Source of the DNA: an uncultured delta proteobacterium
GTDB taxonomy: Bacteria; Desulfobacterota; Binatia; UBA9968
Assembly (NCBI GenBank): GCA_963847445.1
Contig: CAWJZV010000024.1
Coordinates: 1 to 64,000, forward strand
Direction of reading: 5' to 3'
DNA length: 64,000 bases
Part shown: one piece after another, positions 40,899 to 51,394 of the stretch
Layout of the letters: each line of letters opens with the position of its first letter
Numbering within the stretch: the stretch's first letter is position 1
The notes under the pieces: generated by a model
What the model saw: the letters and a program-made list of their open reading frames with translations, nothing else
The model's database searches: none
Told to the model about the DNA's origin: nothing
Translations under genes and position numbers: made by a program

Positions 40899-41909
40899 AT
40901 GACGAAACTTCGATCGATTCCGTTCTTGATTTTGCTGTTTTGCTCGCCGTTGGTTGCGCTAGCTGCCGCGGCGGCGCCGGTGCGCGTCAATATCGGCGCT
41001 GCTTCGGTGAGCAGCAGCATGCTCAGTCTGTGGGCGGCGCAGGAGCAGGGGCTGTTCGCCAAGCATGGCATCGACGCGCAGTTGATTTTAATTCGCGGCG
41101 GCTCGACGCTGGTGGCGAGCTTGGTCACCGGCGAGATTCAGCTGGCGTTTACCTCTGGTGTATCGGTGCTCGGTGCGGCGGCCCAGGGTGTCGACGTGAA
41201 AATGCTGACTTCTATTTCGAGCCGGGTGAGTTGGAAGCTCGTCGCCAATCCGCAGATTAAAACCGCCGCCGAGCTGCGCGGCAAGCGCTTCGGCGTGCAA
41301 AGCATCGTCGGCAGCACCTGGATGTACGCGATGCTGGCGCTGGAGCAGTTGGGATTAGAACCGAAGCGCGACAACATTTCCTTTCTGCCGATCGGCGATG
41401 CCGTGACCATCGGTCATTCACTTGAAGCCGGCCGTATCGACGCCGCGGTGCTCGACCCGCCGCTCAGCCGGCGGCTCACCGGCAAAGGCTTTTCCCAGTT
41501 GGTCGATCTCGCCAAGACCAATGCAAGTTTCCCTGGCTTGGGCGTCGGCGTGACGCGGAATTATCTCGATCAGCAGCCGACGACGCTTGAAAAAGTTGTT
41601 ACGGCCTTGACGGAAGGATTGGCGTTCGCTCAGTTGCCGGCCAACAAGCCGGTTGTCCTGAAAATTCTCATGAAGCATCTGCGTGTCACCGACTCGGTCG
41701 TCGCCGAAGATGGCTATCAAGATCATCTGTCGACGCTCAACCGTAAGCCTTATCCCTCGCTCGACGGTCTGCGCAGCGCGCAAAGATTGATGGCCCAGCA
41801 GAATCCGAAGATCGCGACGCTCAAGGTGGAAGATTTGGTTGACGCGCGGTTTGTGCGCAAGTTGGACGAGAGCGGGTTCATCGACCGGCTGTACGGCGGG
41901 CAGCGCTGA
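40899..41909 (+). CDS. NitT/TauT-type ABC substrate-binding protein
   Basis: LWAAQEQGLF.KHG, LRGKRFG and KPYPS..G motifs. Confidence 0.85.
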   Translation: MTKLRSIPFLILLFCSPLVALAAAAAPVRVNIGAASVSSSMLSLWAAQEQGLFAKHGIDAQLILIRGGSTLVASLVTGEIQLAFTSGVSVLGAAAQGVDVKMLTSISSRVSWKLVANPQIKTAAELRGKRFGVQSIVGSTWMYAMLALEQLGLEPKRDNISFLPIGDAVTIGHSLEAGRIDAAVLDPPLSRRLTGKGFSQLVDLAKTNASFPGLGVGVTRNYLDQQPTTLEKVVTALTEGLAFAQLPANKPVVLKILMKHLRVTDSVVAEDGYQDHLSTLNRKPYPSLDGLRSAQRLMAQQNPKIATLKVEDLVDARFVRKLDESGFIDRLYGGQR

Positions 41910-42167
41910 GGGCGTTGTTTGGATTCGGATTTCCTCCCGCAAAGGCGCAAAGGTGACGGGCGAGGCCCGTCATCCCGAGCGAATGCGATGGATCTAAGAA
42001 GATTTCTCCCTACGGTCGAAATGACAGAATTCCGAACTTAGCGTCTTTGCGCCTTTGCGAGATAAATTCCGAGTATTCAGTACATGAAACCCAGAAGAGC
42101 TCGGTTTGAATCGGCGGTGGGATTGCGATATTCGCTGAATATACAATCATATTTTCGGAGGTAGATC

Positions 42168-42909
42168 GTGTTGGAAAACAAAGTGGTGGTGATTACCGGC
42201 AGCGGCCAGGGCATCGGCAAACATGCGGCGATGACTTTCGCCAAGGAAAAGGCGAAAGTGGTGATCGCCGACTTCAACTGCCGACTTGGCGAAGAAGACA
42301 GCCACGGAGCTGAGCGCGCTGACGGAAACCATGGCGGTCCATGCGGACGTGCGCGAAGAAGAAAGCGTCAAGAAACTGATCGACCAAGTGATCGGCCGCT
42401 TCGGCCAGATCGATGTGATGATGAACAACGCGGCGATCGTGCCGCACTTCGCCTGGAACATCCCGCGCTGGCCGCTGATCGCCGACATGCCGTTGGAATT
42501 TTGGGATCGGGTGGTCAAAACCAACCTTTACGGCACCTTTTTCGGCACCAAGCATGCGATCCCGCATATGGTTAAGCGGAAGTCCGGCCACATCATTAAC
42601 CTGTACGGCGGCGGCGGCGTGAAGCCGGGCGGCGCCGGCACCTATATGGTGACCAAGGACGGCATTCGCACGTTCTCGCGTTACGTCGCCGAGGAAGTGC
42701 GCGACGCGAATATTTGCGTCGTGACCTTTTCGCCGCGCGTGCCGATCGCCACCGAGACCGCGCCGGCGGAAGCGATCCAACGGTTGCCCGGTCCCGAAGT
42801 GCTGGGCACGGGATTCGTGCTGTGCGCGCAGTTGCCGATGGAGCAGAGCGGCAAGTGCTTCGCCTATGAGAACGGCAAGCTGGTGGCTGAAACGGTGCGG
42901 GAAGGGTGA
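42168..42909 (+). CDS. SDR-family oxidoreductase (frameshift near 42283)
   Basis: TGSGQGIG, NNAA and YMVTK (YxxxK) motifs. Confidence 0.85.
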
Positions 42910-43125
42910 GAAGAAGGCGTGCGGCAACAGGCGGCCGGGAATGCAGGGACGGACCGTCGCCTGCCCTGAGCCGAGTCGAAGGGTGTCCGCCCGTTCTGAG
43001 GGCCGACACGCAGGTCGGCACCTACACGCGTCCGAATTGAAAATGGGTCAGGGTGCCATTTGTTTGTTGCGCGCCCTCACCTCTTTCCTCTCCCAGAGGG
43101 AGAGGAAGAAGCAACTGAAAAACTG

Positions 43126-43284
43126 ATGACGAAGAAAATCACTCGGCGAGATTTTTGCTCGATGCTCTTGGCTGATCCCTTTTCAGCCCAGGCGCAACAG
43201 GCAGGGAAAATCTTCCGCATCGGTTTGCTGGATGTAAGCACCGCTTCCGGTATGGCGGTTCTCATCGATGCGTTTCGGCAGTGG
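43126..43284 (+). pseudogene. 5' fragment of an ABC_sub_bind gene truncated by a repeat element
   Basis: AQAQQAGKIFRIGLL..DAFRQ, then the repeat begins. Confidence 0.75.
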
Positions 43285-43519
43285 GATCAAGGGGGATTTG
43301 ATTGTTGTGTGGGGAGGTTTTCTTTGAAGCAATCGCGCCGTGATTTGTGACGATGGAGCCGCATGCACGCAAAAAATCTCCCCTGGCCCCTCTTTCCCGA
43401 AGAGGGGTAACGGATAACTTGCCTGGATGGGTAACGATGAGCTTTTTCAAAGGGGGGATTAATCGAATGGATGCTTCGATTTGTTTTAACTTCTGGGTTA
43501 GGACAGTAGGGAGTCAAAG

Positions 43520-44539
43520 ATGAAAGTTATCGATGCGGATGCCCATGTGATCGAGAATGAGTCGACTTGGGATTACATGCTGGAGTCGGAGAAGGCGTTC
43601 AAACCGAAGATCGTCGGCGCGAGCAATGGCAAGGATGCGTTCGACTACTGGATGATCGACGGGCGGGTGATTCCGCGCAACAACGTCGGCCGCGATCTGC
43701 CGGTGGAGTCGCGCGAGATGAGCGATCTGAGCGCGCGGATCAAGCATATGGACGAGTTGGGCATCGACTTCCAGGTGATCTATCCGACGTTTTTTATCAC
43801 GCCGGTGAGCCGGCGGCCGGACATCGATCTCGCCGTTTCGCGCAGCTACAACCGCTGGATGGCCGACATCGTCAAAAAGCAGCCGGATCGTTTTCGCTGG
43901 GTGCTGGTGCCGCCGCTGCAAAGCCAGGAGCATCTGTCGGAGGAATTGAAGTTCGGCAAGGAGAACGGCGCCTGCGGCGTCTATATGCGCGGCTTGGAGT
44001 GCGAGCGCAGCCTAAGCGATCCTTACTTCTATTCACTGTACGAGCAGGCGAGCGCGCTCGATCTGCCGATCTGCGTGCACTCGGCCAACGGCGCGTTTAC
44101 CACCTACGATTTTTTCGCCGACGATCCGGGTTTTACTAAGTTCAAGCTCGCCGTCATCGGCGCGTTTCATTCGCTCGTGTTTCACGCCATCCCGCAGCGC
44201 TTTCCCAAGTTGAAGATCGGCATCATCGAAGTCAGCGCCCAATGGATTCCCTACGCGGTGCACGATCTGTCGCGGCGCTTCGCCCGGCGCGGCCGGACGT
44301 TCCCGCAGAATATTCTCAAAGAAAATCGCATTTACGTGACTTGCCAGACCGATGACGATCTCGACCAGGTGCTGCGTTACGCCGGCGACGATAACCTGGT
44401 CATCGGCACGGACTACGGCCACGCCGACAATGCCGCCGAGATCGAAGCGCTGCGCAAGCTGCGCACCGACGGCAAAATCAGCGGACGGGTGATCGACAAG
44501 ATCTTGCAAGATAATCCGTCGGCGTTTTACGGGTTATGA
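43520..44539 (+). CDS. amidohydrolase_2 family protein
   Basis: IDADAH, YNRW, LPICVH and GTDYGH motifs. Confidence 0.9.
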   Translation: MKVIDADAHVIENESTWDYMLESEKAFKPKIVGASNGKDAFDYWMIDGRVIPRNNVGRDLPVESREMSDLSARIKHMDELGIDFQVIYPTFFITPVSRRPDIDLAVSRSYNRWMADIVKKQPDRFRWVLVPPLQSQEHLSEELKFGKENGACGVYMRGLECERSLSDPYFYSLYEQASALDLPICVHSANGAFTTYDFFADDPGFTKFKLAVIGAFHSLVFHAIPQRFPKLKIGIIEVSAQWIPYAVHDLSRRFARRGRTFPQNILKENRIYVTCQTDDDLDQVLRYAGDDNLVIGTDYGHADNAAEIEALRKLRTDGKISGRVIDKILQDNPSAFYGL

Positions 44540-44766
44540 AATCAAAAGAGGATTCTCTCGCAAAGGCGCAAAGATGCCAAGAAAATGAATTCGAAGCACG
44601 AAATCCGAAATTCCGAAACAAATTCAAATGATCGAAAATCAGAAAATTCCAAACGGGCCCGACTCGGATTCGAAGTTTTGGATTTTCCGTCTTTGTGAAT
44701 TATTTTGGCCGCGGTTTGTTTCGGATTTAGATATTCGAATTTCGGATTTATTTAAGGAGGTTGCAG

Positions 44767-45806
44767 ATGTTAAGTATCGATGCTGACGCGCATGTGATCG
44801 AGTGCGAGAAGACTTGGGATTATTTAGAAGGCGCCGACAAGCGCTATCGGCCGGTGCCGATCGCCGTCGACATGCCGACCGGCAAGAAGAGCAACTTTTG
44901 GATCATCGGCGGGCGCTTGATCGGCGGGCGCGACAACATCGGCCAGGACACCTCGAAGGAATCCCGCGAGATGGCCAACATCGACTCGCGGTTGAAACAT
45001 ATGGACGACATCGGCACCGGCGTGCAGGTGCTCTATCCGACGTTGTTTCTTGCGGCCGGTGACCGACAATCCGCGCATCGAGCTGGCGCTGTGCAAGTCC
45101 TACAACCGCTGGATGGCGGATATTTGGTCGAAGGATAAGAAGCGTTTGCGCTGGGCGGTGCAGTTGCCGCTGTTGACCATGGACGCGGCGCTTGGATGAA
45201 TTGCGCTGGTCCAAGGGCAACGGCGCCTGCGCGGTGTTCATGCGCGGCATCGAGACCAATCACGTGCTGCACGATCCGTACTTTTTCCCGCTCTACGAGG
45301 AGGCGAGCCGGCTCAATCTGCCCATCGGCATTCACTCCGGCATCGGCAACTTCACCGTCAACGACATGCTCGGCGCCGAGCCGTTTCGCGTCGCCAAGCT
45401 GATCGTCATCGGCGGCTTTCACTCGATGATCTTGAACGGCATCCTGGAAAAGTTTCCCAAGCTGCGCGTCGGCGCTATCGAAGTGGCGGCGCAGTGGGTG
45501 CCGTATATCGTGCACGATTTGAATCTGCGTTTCCCCAAGCTCGAAGGCAAAGAAGCGCGGCCCGACGTCTTGACCGGCAGCAGCCAGTTGTTCGTCGCCT
45601 GCCAGACCGACGACGACCTGCCCTACGTGCTCAAGTACGCCGGCGAAAATTGCTTGATGATCGGCTCGGACTACGGCCACGCCGATAATGCCAGCGAGTT
45701 GCTCGCCTTGGCGAAGTTGAAAGAAACCAGTGACATCGATCCCAAAGTGATCGACAAAATTCTGACTTACAATCCGGCGAAGTTTTACGGGCTGGATGTG
45801 GATTGA
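44767..45806 (+). CDS. amidohydrolase_2 family protein (frameshifts near 45050 and 45192)
   Basis: Tandem paralog of the upstream gene; IDADAH and GSDYGH motifs. Confidence 0.85.
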
Positions 45807-46032
45807 GAAACGTGATCGTGTTCGTGATCGTGGCTCGTGGTCGATTGGACGTGCTCGAAAGCGCTGCGTTGTCCCTTTGAGTTTCCCCTCGCCCGTTGCG
45901 GGAGAGGAGGGTGAGGGTTCTTGTAGGGCGATCGGCGGTCGCCCTTGCCCTCATCCCTGCCTTCTCCCAGAGGGAGAAGGGGTAAGACATCTCGAGTGAG
46001 GATTGACCCTAGCCGAAAGACAAACTAAATCG

Positions 46033-47196
46033 ATGAGTGAAATCATGGCTGATACTTACGATTTACTTTTGACCGGCGGCACGGTGGTCAATCCGGCGAC
46101 CAAGACCAATGAGAAACTCGACGTCGGCGTCAAAGGCGATCGGGTCACGGCGATTCAAGCGAGCATTCCGCGCACCGAGTGTCAAGCGCGTCATCGATGT
46201 CACCGGCTGCTACGTGACGCCGGGGTTGATCGACTTCCATGTGCATAGTTACTGGGGAGTGAATCCCTACGGCTGCGATCTCGACGCGCTGTGTCTTGCC
46301 ACCGGTGTGACCACGCGCGCTCGATGCCGGCTCGGCCGGGCCGGTGAACCTGCTCGGCTTTCGCAAACTCGTCTACGAGCGATCGAAGACGCGCATGATC
46401 GGTTTCGTCGCGTTGGCGCAGCATGGCGTGCTGCAACGAACCGGGCGAGCTGCTTAATTTGGGCTTCGCCGACTTGCGACGGCTCGGCGCAAGCGGTGAT
46501 CGACAACCGCGACATCGGCGTCGGCATCAAAGTCCGGTTGCACAAGAAATCCATCGGCGATAACAGCCGCGAAGCCTTGCGCCTGGCGATCAAGGCCGGC
46601 GAAGCGTCGGGCACGCCGATCATGGTCCATGTCGGCAGCACGGCGATCGGCATGGACGAGATCGCCGACACGTTGCGGCCGGGCGACATCATCACGCACT
46701 GCTACACGCCGCAGAAGCCGTCGATCATCGACGACAAGGGTAAGCTGCTGCCGCTCGTGCGCAAGGCCAAAGAGCGCGGCGTGATCTTCGATGTCGGCCA
46801 TGCCGGCGGCCATTTCGATTTCGCTCTGGTCGAGCGCGCCATGGGCGAGGGGATCATGCCCGATATCATCAGCTCGGACCTGCACGGGCGCTTGAGCCAG
46901 CCGGGCTTTGGCGTCGTCGGCGATTTACCGACGGTGCTGACTAAGTTCATTGCCGCTAGGCTTGAGCTTCGATGAGATTATCGCCAAGCTGCACGGTCGA
47001 CGCCGCGCAAGCGGTTGGCTGGCAAGACCGTATCGGCAGTCTCGAAGTCGGCCGCGAAGCGGATATCGCCGTGCTGCAAATCGTCGACGATCCGGTGACG
47101 CTGCACGACTCCGTCGGCGGCGAGAAGTTGCACAAGCAACGCATCGCCGCCAAGTGGACCGTCCGCGCCGGCGAAGTGTTTCAAGGCCGCGGGTGA
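46033..47196 (+). CDS. dihydroorotase-like metal-dependent amidohydrolase/deacetylase (frameshifts)
   Basis: PGLIDFHVH, GIKVR, MVH, THCY, FDVGH and SSDLH motifs. Confidence 0.8.
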
Positions 47197-47517
47197 GATA
47201 GGATTCGGAATCGGGATTTGACCACAAAGAGCGCAAGCCGGATTCGGACGTATTGCAACGCCGAGGTGCGGTCGGCAATCGCAGATGCGAATTCACCAGG
47301 CGCGCAAATTTCAGAATCGCAAAGGGCGCAAACTTCGAAGGGAAATCGTTGGGGCGTATGGCATACGCCCTGGGGTGGCGGAGAGGCGAACGCGTCGCCA
47401 CAGGATTTGCGAAGACGACGCTAATTCATTAGGAAAGTTATACGAAGGACAGAAAGGGTTCCATCGTAGGGGCAAAGTCGTGGCTTGCCCATTAATCGCG
47501 TGGAGAAAGAGGGAACA

Positions 47518-48549
47518 ATGCGAAAAGCAATTCGACTTTCATTATTGATGCTGATGGCAACGGTTGCGACCGCGGCGGCGCAGACGCCTTACTATCAAGG
47601 CAAGACGATCACGATCATCACCGGCAGCCAGACCGGCGACGTTTTCGATATCTTTGCGCGCATGATCGCGGCGCATATGGGCAAGAATATTCCCGGCAAT
47701 CCTAACATCGTCGTGCAGAATATGACCGGCGCCGGCCATATCGTCGCGGCGAATTTCGTTTATAGCGTCGCCAAACCCGACGGTCTGACGCTGCTCGCGC
47801 CCAACCCCAATCTTTACGTCGATCAACTGATCGGCCGGCCCGAGATCAAATTCGACTGGGCAAAGTTTGCCTGGCTCGGCAATGCTCAACGCACGACGGA
47901 CATGCTCTACATGCGCACCGACGCTCCTTTCAAAACCATGGAAGATGTGCGCAGCGCCAAGGAGCCGCCGAAATGCGGTGCCACCGGCACCGGTACCACC
48001 GGATTCATGGTGCCGCGGCTGTTGGATGAAACCATCGGCGCGAAATTCAATGTGATTACCGGTTACAAGGGCGGCAACGAAGTTGACTTGGCGGTGGAAC
48101 GAGGGGAGATCCAGTGCCGGGCCTTCAGTGTTACGGCCTTCTTCGCTCGCGAGCCTTTTCATACCTGGCGCAAAAACAACTTTGCGCGGGCGATTATCCA
48201 AATGGGCCACAAGCGAGATAGCCGGTTGCCTGATGTGGCGACGCTCAATGAATTGATGGAAAAATATAAGACTCCCGAAATCAGCCGTCGCGTGGCGTTG
48301 GTGGTAACCGCATCGGAAATCTTTCAACGCCCTTACATGGGCCCGCCGGGCTTGCGCCCCGAGCTGGTGAAAATTCTCCGCGAAGCGTTTCAGAAGACGC
48401 TGAAGGACAACGCGTTTTTGGAAGACGTAAAAAGCAAGAAGCTCGATGCCGAGTACACTTCCGGCGAAGAGATGGAAACCATGGCCAAAGAGATGATGTC
48501 GCAGCGGCCGGAGGTTGTCGAACGATTGAGGAAAGTGTTGGGAAACTAA
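47518..48549 (+). CDS. TctC/Bug-like binding protein
   Basis: Intact; YYQGKTI, PPKCGATG and GEIQCR motifs. Confidence 0.88.
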   Translation: MRKAIRLSLLMLMATVATAAAQTPYYQGKTITIITGSQTGDVFDIFARMIAAHMGKNIPGNPNIVVQNMTGAGHIVAANFVYSVAKPDGLTLLAPNPNLYVDQLIGRPEIKFDWAKFAWLGNAQRTTDMLYMRTDAPFKTMEDVRSAKEPPKCGATGTGTTGFMVPRLLDETIGAKFNVITGYKGGNEVDLAVERGEIQCRAFSVTAFFAREPFHTWRKNNFARAIIQMGHKRDSRLPDVATLNELMEKYKTPEISRRVALVVTASEIFQRPYMGPPGLRPELVKILREAFQKTLKDNAFLEDVKSKKLDAEYTSGEEMETMAKEMMSQRPEVVERLRKVLGN

Positions 48550-48614
48550 GATGGCAAGTAAGGCAATCTGTCCAGGGGCCGATAGGCCGTGTCCCTGCAC
48601 TTCGGAGGTTTATC

Positions 48615-49326
48615 ATGAGTTCATCGTGGGAAAACGTCAAAGTCGATGGCTCGAACATGCGCGCTTACGTCAGCGCGCCGGACGATTCGAGCAAAGCTCC
48701 GGCGATCGTCATCGTCCAGGGCCAGACCGGCGTCGACGATTTTGTTCAATTTACCCGCATGGTCGCGAGCGAAGGATTTGTCGGCGCGGCGCCGGATCTC
48801 TATCACCGCGATCCGGCGGACTGCAAAGACGACGCGCCGACGCGGCGCATGCGCTTGACCGATCAGACCGTGATCGCGGACGTCAATGCGACGGTCGGAC
48901 TTTCTCAAGTCGCATCCCGTCGGTCGACCCGGCGCGGATCGGCATCGTCGGCTTCTGCATGGGCGGGCGGGCGGTCTATTTGATGTCGGCGGTGAATCCG
49001 GACCTCAAAGCCGGCGTGATGTATTACGGCAGCGATCCGTTTCATGCCTGGGGCGATGGACCGTCGCCGTTCGAGCGCACGGCAAAGATATCCACTGCCC
49101 GATCATGGGCCACTTCGGCGAAGACGATAAGAATCCATCACCGGCGGATATGCGCAAGCTCGACGCCGAGATGACGCGGCTCGGCAAAGTCCACGAATTT
49201 CATTCCTATGCCAACGCCGCCCATGCCTTCGCCAATTTCGGCTCGCCGGGATACCGCGAACACGCGGCAACGGCTTCGTGGCCGCGGACCTTCGGGTTTT
49301 TTTCCAAGCATCTCAAGGGACGCTAA
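48615..49326 (+). CDS. dienelactone hydrolase family protein (frameshifts)
   Basis: APDLYHR, IGIVGFCMGG, FGEDD and Y.NA.HAF motifs. Confidence 0.85.
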
Positions 49327-49527
49327 GATCGATCTGTTCAAGTCGTTCAAAAGGTTCAAACCGTTCAAACCGTTTCCGAAGATCTCGCAGTTTGCGAAAA
49401 CCTTTTCGAGGTGCCGTATCGACATTGCTCATGACGACCGGACGATTGACTGAAATGACTGCGATAAATTCGTTCATGCTGAGCGTGTCGAAGCATGCTC
49501 TGCACTTTGTTTCTCAGCTAGGATCTA

Positions 49528-50526
49528 TTACCGGTACAGCCGGTCGAAAAATCCTTCCTTTTCCAGTTCTGCGACGATGGTGTCGTCGACGATGTCGTCG
49601 ACCTTCACGGTCGAGCCGGGCTTTTTCGACAGCGCGTCTTTGAGTTGAATATCCATGCCTTCCCTGCCGACGTAGGGCACGCGATCTAAAAGTTTCGCAT
49701 TGGTTTCCCAGGCGGCTTCCAGGTACGCCGGGTCATTCTGGCGCGAATACTTGGCGAGAATTTGCTTGCTCTCCTCCTTGCGGGTCTTGAAAAAGTGCGA
49801 GCCTTCGCTGAGCGCCATGACCAAACGTTTAACCGTCGGACGGTTGGCTGCTAGGTAATTTTTCGTCGTCGTGCCGCAGATGTAGGGAAATGGATAAGGC
49901 TTTTGAAAGTCGGCGGTGCTGACCAAAACCCGCTGCGGCATGCCTTTCGTCAGGTGCAAGACTCCGGGAGGCGCGGGGAACGCGGCGATGCGGCCGGTGC
50001 GGAACGCAGCGGCGCGTTCGCCGCCGCCGCCCACTTGGATCATCGCCACGTCTTTGTCCGGTTCCAAGCCGAGATATTTGAGAAACACCCGCGCGATCAC
50101 GTCCGATGAACTGCCGATGCGGCTGATGCCCATGCTCTTGCCTTTCAACTGCTCCTTGGTCTTGATCGACTCCTGGACGATCAACTCGTAGGGCAATGTG
50201 TTCATGAAGCAGGCGACCGCGACCAAGTTGGCGCCGCTGACGGCGGCGCTGGCGATGGTGCCGCCGGTGCCATTGCCGAATTTTAATTGCCCGGCGACCA
50301 GCACGGCGACGTTGGTGGACGACGCTGGGATAAAGATCGATTCGACGTCGAGGCCATGTTTTTTGTACAAGCCTTTTTCCTGGGCGATGTACCAATTGGC
50401 GCTCGGCGCGTCGATGGAGCTGTAGGAGACCGTGAGCTTCTCTTGGGCGGAGAGATTCGGATTGGCCGCAAAGAACGCAAAGAACACAAATAGGAAACAT
50501 CGTCGGCAAGTTTTGGACATCGTCAT
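49528..50526 (-). CDS. NitT/TauT-type ABC substrate-binding protein
   Basis: IAQEKGLYKKHGLD, LKGK..GISR.GS and ELEKEGF motifs. Confidence 0.85.
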   Translation of the reverse strand: MTMSKTCRRCFLFVFFAFFAANPNLSAQEKLTVSYSSIDAPSANWYIAQEKGLYKKHGLDVESIFIPASSTNVAVLVAGQLKFGNGTGGTIASAAVSGANLVAVACFMNTLPYELIVQESIKTKEQLKGKSMGISRIGSSSDVIARVFLKYLGLEPDKDVAMIQVGGGGERAAAFRTGRIAAFPAPPGVLHLTKGMPQRVLVSTADFQKPYPFPYICGTTTKNYLAANRPTVKRLVMALSEGSHFFKTRKEESKQILAKYSRQNDPAYLEAAWETNAKLLDRVPYVGREGMDIQLKDALSKKPGSTVKVDDIVDDTIVAELEKEGFFDRLYR

Positions 50527-50657
50527 CGGGCCTCCGTTTGGCGGCGATAGTAGTGAAGGATTGTGATTCGGTCAAGGCGGCGTTGACGTTGGTGCGGTGG
50601 GTCGGTTAGTGTTTCTTTGATTCGTACCCATCAACTTATGTTAGAAGGAGAACCGCC

Positions 50658-50942
50658 ATGCTATCCGCTATCGTATTGCTCACTACCGATCGCGACAAAA
50701 CCAACAAAGTTGCCGAGGCCCTCGCCGACTTGGACGGCGTCACGGAAGTCTACTCGGTGGCGGGGCGCTATGACCTGGCGGCGATCGTGCGCGCGAGCGA
50801 TAACGATCAGCTGGCGAAAGTGGTCACGGAACGGATTCGCGCTGTGCCGGGCATTACAAGCTCGGAGACTCTGATCGCGTTCCGCGTCTACTCGCGGCAT
50901 GATCTGGAACGGATGTTCTCCATCGGCATGGAGCATCCATAG
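50658..50942 (+). CDS. standalone Lrp/AsnC ligand-binding domain protein
   Basis: GVTEVYSVAGRYDL and ETLIAF motifs; no HTH. Confidence 0.8.
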   Translation: MLSAIVLLTTDRDKTNKVAEALADLDGVTEVYSVAGRYDLAAIVRASDNDQLAKVVTERIRAVPGITSSETLIAFRVYSRHDLERMFSIGMEHP

Positions 50943-51199
50943 CCAGCGACTGAAAAAGACTCATCTACTTCGTTGCGCTCGATCTCCTCGCGTCAACGTA
51001 CAGGAGTACGCCTCCGCTCGTCGATTCTTCGCGCGCCTCGTAGCTGAATCTTTTTGAGTCGCTGGCCAAGCGCTGCAGCGTCCGGCTAAAAACTCATTGA
51101 CTTCCGTGCGTCGATCTCCTCGCGTCAACGTACAGGAGTACGCCTCCGCTCGTCGATTCTTCGCGCGCCTCGTAGCTGAATCTTTTTGAGTCGCTGGCC
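50942..51199. repeat. MITE-like element with 27-bp imperfect TIRs and a tandem 89-bp perfect duplication
   Basis: 50979-51067 equals 51111-51199; TIRs at 50942-50968 and 51040-51066. Confidence 0.85.
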
Positions 51200-51394
51200 T
51201 AAAGATAGCCCACCGGCCATGGGATTGTTCCAATCGTTCCAGCCGTTCAAAACGTTCAAGTCGTTTTCGGATAATGACAATGTTCCAATGATTGTCATTT
51301 CGCGGCGGAGCCGAGAAATCTTCGGAAGATCCCTCACGTTGTTCGGGATGACAGCGAGTATTTCGCAAAAAGCGATCTGGTAAAAGTCAGCTAA

